Source: Patescibacteria group bacterium (lineage in GTDB: Bacteria; Patescibacteriota; Minisyncoccia; Phycocordibacterales; Phycocordibacteraceae). Taken from it: DNA of 64,000 bases. Positions within the stretch are counted from its first letter, which is position 1, and each line of letters begins with the position of its first letter. The notes beneath the pieces were generated by a model. It saw only the letters and a program-made list of their open reading frames with translations. It was not told where the DNA came from and made no database searches. Below, in pieces: positions 62,601 to 64,000 of the stretch. The stretch lies in contig JAUPKX010000005.1 of NCBI GenBank assembly GCA_030837225.1, positions 8,049 through 72,048 of the forward strand, read 5' to 3'. The position numbers were made by a program, and so were the translations under genes.

Positions 62601-64000
62601 CAAGGACATAGAGGGGGAGTTCACTCGTGGTCTGGATGATCTCATGAACATCAACCCCATTAACTATCGCTGGAAAGCGTCAACTGGATTAGATACAGTT
62701 AATAGCTATAGCGGATTCTCAGCACAGGATGTTCAGAATGCTATTCCTGAGGCCATCGATACTGATCCTCAAGGGTATCTCACACTCTCTGATCGTCCGA
62801 TTCTTGCAGCATCCGTTAATGCCATTAAGGAGCTCAACCTTAGAACCCTTTCGCTCGCACCTAGTGCACAGAACCAGGAAGCACACTCGCTCGCTGTTTC
62901 AAGCGACGCCTCAATCGCTGGCATACTCACCGTTACTGGAATCGGAACCTTTAGCGACTCGCTTACTGCGGCAAGCGTGCTTACGGATGGTTCTGTAACA
63001 GCACTATCGTTCCTCACAGGAACGGACGGAACTCTTCCACAAGAAGTCCTTACGGGAGGCAACGCAGATCTCTTCAAGATGGCGAGCTACGCTATAACAG
63101 GTATACAGGCACTCTCCGAGCGTACTGACCTCCTTGCGACTCGTATTGATGAGATTGATGCCCGCGTAACAGCACTCGAGAACGGCTCTACAGCGGACGA
63201 GATATCCGGCGCCGTTGGCCTTACGGTTGCAACCATAAAGAGCGCACTCCAGACCCTCGGTATCTATCTTGAAAACGGGGTAGCTACATTCGAGACCCTC
63301 GTATTCCGCCAGCTTGCGGTTGCCAAGGACACCAATGGCGACTCCTCAGCAGGAAGCGAGACCATCCTTGCGGGCAACACGGTTGTTGAAGTAGAGAACC
63401 CCTACGTCCTTCCAACCTCAAAGATCTTTGTTACCTTCACGGGACCGATTCAAGGCGCTTGGTACATCAGCAACAAAGAGGAAGGGAAGTTCCGGGTAAC
63501 GCTTGCAACAGGCCAGTCCGCAGACGTATCCTTCGACTACTTCATCCTTCAGACTGAAGGCCAGCTAGCGTCCCCTGGCGCTGCGGCGCCAATACAGACT
63601 CCGAACGACCCAGCTCCATCGAACGATCCGCTCCCTCCTGTCTTCCCAGGTGAGGGAACAGGCACCACAACACCGGTTATGGGCTCTGGAGACACAACAC
63701 CGCCTTCTATCACCTTAAACGGCCCTGCAGCGCGCGAAATAGACCAAGGTGCCACTTGGATTGATCAAGGCGCTACTGCCTCAGATGAGACCGATGGCGA
63801 CCTCACAAGCTCCATACAGGTCCAAGGAACTGTTGATACGGGTACACCAGGCACCTATACGGTATCGTACTCGGTATCAGACGCAGCAGGGAATGAGGCG
63901 CATGTATCCAGGATAGTCTCAGTGCAGGTTGTATCAGAGCCAGCACCAAGTCCAGAACCGGCGCCAGAGCCAGCACCAAGCCCAGAACCGGCGCCAGCAC
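50680..64000 (+). CDS. Giant repeat-rich membrane-anchored surface / fibre-like protein, 5' partial: it runs off the window end, so at least 4,440 codons lie in the window. It is absent from the supplied ORF track because no stop codon occurs. The start is probably TTG at 50680; the first in-frame ATG is at 50842.
   Basis: Manual translation in the frame whose codon starts are congruent to 1 mod 3. A TAA lies at 50653-50655, then there is no stop through 64000. The frame was re-verified at 50992, 52441, 55441, 58441, 61441 and 63901. The product has a coherent domain architecture, detailed in the sub-features. Confidence 0.8.
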   Translation, partial: MNSLLQKNLISTKEASALSGYNADYLSRLCREKKIASSQVGRTWLIERASLEVFMETQLDRKIELAENLARERELEYRKANSSVTQVFEAGNDLENKMRVAASSMLGAFSSVRIPRSMPVMSGRAFAAGLTAVILGASVTLAGSGVVARAGEMLLASAFEVRALVVTAVSTSNSLAVEKTAEFSRIAEDEIKKVDTSLVRAADTRVAMFPLTLGGVIENSHEPVEMTELAYARANEIFETYPEPIASTQTVEKIMYAAMHPKEVLATIAREAMFAYSRLGVYALNDIQTVLALHLYGVEAAANGLLSVSDNTRDIAGQAPLAIGNAFVTTSSAVLSSYEHAVYAYVENIDVLPSAITGLVYGLGNGIGGSVAMGVQTAPVAYEESVLAFVEESVSAGSMISEGSFAFGKEADRTVSGLLEAEDRAIVQSVESVRLAVTSIENTTASAALAIESVPSVATDKVLGIVGGIALRIESTDTSMLSASPLVSLDIDRFIPGFLRNVTAVLAHAVGSAFHGIFGPLAGFFGASEEVGLAVIPSDGSSFSGPSGATGTEEAVKGNTTVYTGPVTIVRNEYPTVTYGGVPQSYVDERYEFLRRTLYNRIEDVSNDDTFYGEVRDSGIYDSSIVDSTFTNGEIIDSTITGGTITGAALDVSTSTITGSLTVNGDIAANAIVSTSSTSTNATSTNLFATNASFTNLLGGSATITNATSTSFYATLATIVDGFFTNLTATLATITNAVITNLTATNATLTNATSTNATSTNLFATNLTATSATSTNLFATSARITTGIIDALTSPLATITTAIVTNLTATNSTLTNATSTNSFALSYLTPSRLLSVGSNGVATSTSLSSWVAGTLNQLTVTDNGTGGITLSLPSTIAIGTSQVTTIRSDGATSTFGGGIQASIVEGGQYIAGPYVLATSTTATSAFSGNIAVGRNATFGTSASDLLTVNSSVASNLIPTTNNTYDFGSTASYWRRGYIDDLTVNNLSAASTSIAGTVSNSFTINADNATNDTEDVTLIFKRGTASPNALMTWNSSTDRFEFNMPVFSATGLFTSATSTNFGTTNFTLNSNTFTSLLGTGLSNVSGALTVDYDALDSDFFRQGGNSYATTAMLGTNDANDLAFETNGTTKMTILSGGNVGIGTTTPTGRLSIVASTTGDSLVIASTTGARMLTVNPGGSLIFSATGQSYKVVSGADEYGPDIFLNRTIGTEATANEHGIIDRNQFGRATKAYNSYDSQTYFTGTSNYDHYAGFQARGVMNSSGTLTDYYSFYSAPQASAGTITNVYGLKAANPAGAGAVTNNYGVYIDSQTKGTNNFAIYTDGTTKSYFGGNVGIGTTTPSSLLDLYKSTDGYTKITVRNPNTGTDALTGIDFVQDLGGVGSLYATGNTFDGNADFGAMSGFSNSLWLDASFELTGGLKLVARNGDIGFYAGSRSTQNVTISGTNGNLGVGSTTPYARLSVKGAGTTTGVNFQTTNSSNSPLFTVLDSGNVGIGTTTPAELLTIDSGSLRFESVSAGRGILASSNGVNQVFSLTRQDTVASADLSISGYGGVGITGGRTSSPATSAYHLYVNSAGNVGIGSTTPAENLTVNGAIQWGNTTPSTGTANIYNSGRLGTYNSGASPLAQYNYVQPATGKALVVWNANSNIVAAFGQTGSDTNTNSYFAGNVGIGTTSPAQNLHIDQGTASTLPIIQLSGAGGTIAKIGRASNFMNAGTAADLGINAPTSQSLYLGVGGSSFVTLKSTGNVGIGTTTPIGKLTVYEDSDAVMYTANPSANVFSENYIDTTNNVTNHRSVAYAHQFYTSGSTIAAATEKMRIHQNGNVGIGTTSPEAALTVNGDIKTNGGFTTYATNEVFKAINGGTSAVAARYGNSNNDFYVGTEGNTAGGYFTGALANSSVLYSTRAVQTIIGGVSRMIIDTSGNVGIGTTSPEGKLDVNAGLGVYSYIGGSVLGHRSIRMGADASGYATIQGTGRGTQIGSFFNITLQPGGGNVGIGTVSPGEKLEVSGNIKLSTSASYLAFGNPSTPLYLGSGNSLLFSPDNNEQYAVLRGYAGAVLAVGGNPGLLLNASSNVGIGTTNPGTKLHVLSTNAGGDSNTLMLDNAGASGITTTSLTFANGGAVKARITGAVYGDGYLAFNTNDDTEKMRITAVGRVGIGTTTPQGKFHVKGSDGESLLRVSGATGGIRIRPYVDATSGTYIESVNTAESAYLPLRLEASTTILGINGNVGIGTTTPLSKLQVSTSGADAFSLDLLTGSSHDTGIRIGRGSGANGAGIQMVTSATDYLSFYVNGSALPAINTAAQMVLTEGGNVGIGTTGPLGKLHVLTSTDTTPNTIAAFDARHAVFGPGTVDGVSISKTTGGSAYISSVRPGIAWDPLAVQASTFSVNPSSGTTAFHVTAASNVGIGTVSPGSKLQVSTGNSSYVASTAAFSVRKNEEGYGLFVGNASSGNSWLQAGYSDGSLLYDLILQPNGGKVGIGTTTPSEKLSVAGDIFVSDATDPELKLNKTSGTQKTFSFNVNNDNAFQWLDRTAGLTRLYLTTGGNMGIGDYYGATTNTPQNKLSVAGSASIGYAVGSDVAAPTNGLIVNGNVGIGTTTPQEELSVSKNGVPQISLENRSGTTRNAQIIFRNTAGPTWRLGTDMSTNNNTDNFQIYKDALGLPVLTIDSAGDVGIGTGHTNPLYPLDVNGLALIRGYTVGVTAALADAYKFTHDGGTSFVNNQGGSFGVGTTTPTVEMEIGGSSSPSLRLRPYFAGAPDASGYYTTINAAYSDEAMNLSVGGYKVLSTLGYDTPTQLLLYTGNTERLRINSSGNVGIGTSNLFKPLTVEVGTAGGVNQGIVINSSHAFGSGQGTAAAALVFARNRTIDTSSLYAMAQIDGGNESETTSAYGYLAFSTANSGGTLVERMRTSSSGNVGIGTTTPDSKLNIQMAGDGTGLAINSSYSAGGYKKIIDAGQTGSDGYLKVNDALGATVSYLSGYTSSPSYFLSSVGIGTSTPVSKFSVYQASGAGRSIAEFSNGNRDRMLQVVHDISGDSTSYIGLNAREFGSTLGRDFVIQTGGTERMRVAYSTGNVGIGTVNPGATLDVKSQINLTNATGNSMVGVRGTEFGYAAGYKALQIGATSGTYTVSIGYDPSTNASPAFTGDGSEVIFRNGVKFLTPNAANNSYLSTMTMLNGNVGIGETAPSEKLVVAGQGTGRMLVGDVGFGDGYTGLSMNGVLSTTNYNLLGSPGQAHFWINRATGGNISFRENNGTDQMTIASGGNVGIGVTAPDGKLHILNNTASQALSSGSIRLAGSAYASSGWAMRIPDDGSTGNLYFDREYAGWASTPVLMLQRSTGNVGIGTTNPTAKLTLNGTAGANPNAGAEIEYTNALIFQSSSAHSVGAIKTVQPTGYYVDAADMTFSTGYGSLTERMRIQGSTGNVGIGTTTPSGTLDIYKAGNATLNITGTNIAGINLKGDNGSGFANINTYNDGTLRIGASVSGYNSGTTDLVIKNGYVGMGTASPLARLQVGDSASLTNYQGATVGIVRPAGSGSWLELADNTTYGSAFRISQDSNSGIAFNSNGRDIGFRASGYSTAIADAQLVLKSSGNVGVGAQIPLAKLHVQQALPTSIGSLPSNVGLILDSNTHNYLLFRNTADNSTYSGLQFQDNNVGGYLVFQNFSGGVTSDSMLFGTYQDFVFQTGTSETVGGKSTVMTIKQTGNVGIGTTNPLAIDGGAATRFHTKVTGGTGNIEVARFEGGDDTDNTYAVLRVNHNNDRGFFVKGGRQTGDTAIATMGLTNNGGAMTDIMTFLGSNVGIGNTSPGEKLTIEGNSAAMLIQTASDPTVYRAKITANYNYTNSVLFTGLNNTEIIGQYAYNVTVGNSSGNVGVGTTGPTQKFSILATGISNQFELRNNNQALWIRQGYKSDGTATPAADTNNVQFQSSGSSSGTFSFTSGNDEVLRMTLGSSGIRFNAYGAGTLVTDASGNITASSDERLKDIEGEFTRGLDDLMNINPINYRWKASTGLDTVNSYSGFSAQDVQNAIPEAIDTDPQGYLTLSDRPILAASVNAIKELNLRTLSLAPSAQNQEAHSLAVSSDASIAGILTVTGIGTFSDSLTAASVLTDGSVTALSFLTGTDGTLPQEVLTGGNADLFKMASYAITGIQALSERTDLLATRIDEIDARVTALENGSTADEISGAVGLTVATIKSALQTLGIYLENGVATFETLVFRQLAVAKDTNGDSSAGSETILAGNTVVEVENPYVLPTSKIFVTFTGPIQGAWYISNKEEGKFRVTLATGQSADVSFDYFILQTEGQLASPGAAAPIQTPNDPAPSNDPLPPVFPGEGTGTTTPVMGSGDTTPPSITLNGPAAREIDQGATWIDQGATASDETDGDLTSSIQVQGTVDTGTPGTYTVSYSVSDAAGNEAHVSRIVSVQVVSEPAPSPEPAPEPAPSPEPAPA
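52560..53170 (+). repeat. Thr/Asn/Ala/Leu-rich low-complexity segment of the giant protein, with quasi-periodic 'ATSTNLFATN' / 'LTATNATLTN' units. It is dense in N-x-T/S sequons.
   Basis: Translation: '...TNATSTNLFATNASFTNLLGGSATITNATSTSFYATLATIVDGFFTNLTATLATITNAVITNLTATNATLTNATSTNATSTNLFATNLTATSATSTNLFATSA...'. Confidence 0.6.
54084..62300 (+). repeat. Array of about 30 divergent tandem protein repeats, about 70-100 aa each, within the giant gene. Each is marked by the motif (S/G)GNVGIGTTxP followed by xKL(x)V.
   Basis: The nucleotide word 'ggcaacgt(c/t)ggtat(t/c)gg' recurs near 54084, 54664, 55150, 55410, 55672, 55905, 56141, 56436, 56645, 56887, 57130, 57341, 57600, 57885, 58095, 58436, 58678, 59101, 59404, 59640, 59878, 60193, 60455, 60676, 60928, 61150, 61436, 61775, 62052 and 62270. 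Several copies share identical 20-23-nt stretches. Confidence 0.75.
62587..62856 (+). other. Peptidase S74 / intramolecular chaperone auto-processing domain (endosialidase-type CIMCD), internal to the giant protein.
   Basis: 'SSDERLKDIEGEFTRGLDDLMNINPINYRWKASTGLDTVNSYSGFSAQDVQNAIPEAIDTDPQGYLTLSDRPILAASVNAIKELN' matches the family consensus (S-D-x-R-L-K, Y-RWK, GF-AQ-V, P-E, GYL, AIKEL). Confidence 0.75.
63701..63921 (+). other. DUF5011/Ig-like surface domain within the giant protein, downstream of the S74 domain.
   Basis: 'PPSITLNGPAAREIDQGATWIDQGATASDETDGDLTSSIQVQGTVDTGTPGTYTVSYSVSDAAGNEAHVSRIVSV' follows the DUF5011 pattern (ItLnG...G..y.DpGatA.D..DGdlt..v...g.vdt...GtYtvtY.vtD.aGN.a...R.V.V). 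Confidence 0.5.
63937..64000 (+). repeat. Tandem 30-nt repeat encoding an (EPAPSPEPAP)n Pro/Glu linker. It continues past the window edge.
   Basis: 'gagccagcaccaagtccagaaccggcgcca' at 63937-63966 and 'gagccagcaccaagcccagaaccggcgcca' at 63967-63996. Confidence 0.7.

Noticed and set aside
1-64000. Search for CRISPR arrays, IS elements or transposase genes, integrases, and 23S/5S rRNA.
   Set aside because: No direct-repeat/spacer architecture is present. No transposase- or integrase-like ORFs were recognised. No 23S or 5S signature blocks were seen. The only mobile-type elements are the rRNA group I introns and their homing endonucleases.

Overview
The window looks like a compact bacterial genome segment, probably from a Candidate Phyla Radiation / Patescibacteria-like organism. 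That placement is an inference from an intron-rich 16S gene, short tightly packed genes and lamin-tail-domain proteins. The genetic code is standard: TGA is used as a stop. From 5' to 3' the window contains the following.

1. A priming sugar phosphotransferase and an epimerase, followed by folD, secD and secF, a small kinase, and a divergently oriented UMP-kinase-like gene.
2. A 16S rRNA gene (about 7190-10780) split by three group I introns. Two introns carry LAGLIDADG homing endonuclease ORFs. The gene is enclosed by a long processing stem and followed by tRNA-Ile(GAU) and terminators, with no 23S or 5S downstream.
3. Cell-wall genes murD, murC and murB, plus rsmI, a NUDIX gene and a hicB-hicA module.
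4. A FtsK/HerA/VirD4-like ATPase coupled to a secreted lamin-tail/PKD protein.
5. A roughly 20-kb envelope-glycan cluster. It has several GT4 and GT2 glycosyltransferases, two epimerase-glycosyltransferase fusions, three SAM methyltransferases, a deacetylase, a flippase, a GtrA/GT2/GT-C polyprenol-phosphate-sugar module and an O-antigen-ligase-like TPR protein.
6. A Lys/Ala-rich histone-like gene, then secA, aspartate kinase, obg and gatB.

The most striking element is absent from the supplied ORF track because it has no stop codon inside the window. It is a single uninterrupted plus-strand reading frame from about 50680 (TTG; first ATG at 50842) to the window end at 64000, at least 4,440 codons. 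It encodes a giant repeat-rich surface/fibre-like protein.

Its architecture has five notable parts:
- An N-terminal HTH-like domain paralogous to the upstream gene at 49159.
- A transmembrane anchor.
- A Thr/Asn-rich region dense in N-x-T/S sequons.
- About 30 tandem units of roughly 80 residues, each marked by 'GNVGIGTTxP'.
- An internal peptidase-S74 intramolecular-chaperone (autoprocessing) domain. This is followed by a DUF5011/Ig-like domain and a Pro/Glu-rich tandem linker that continues past the window.
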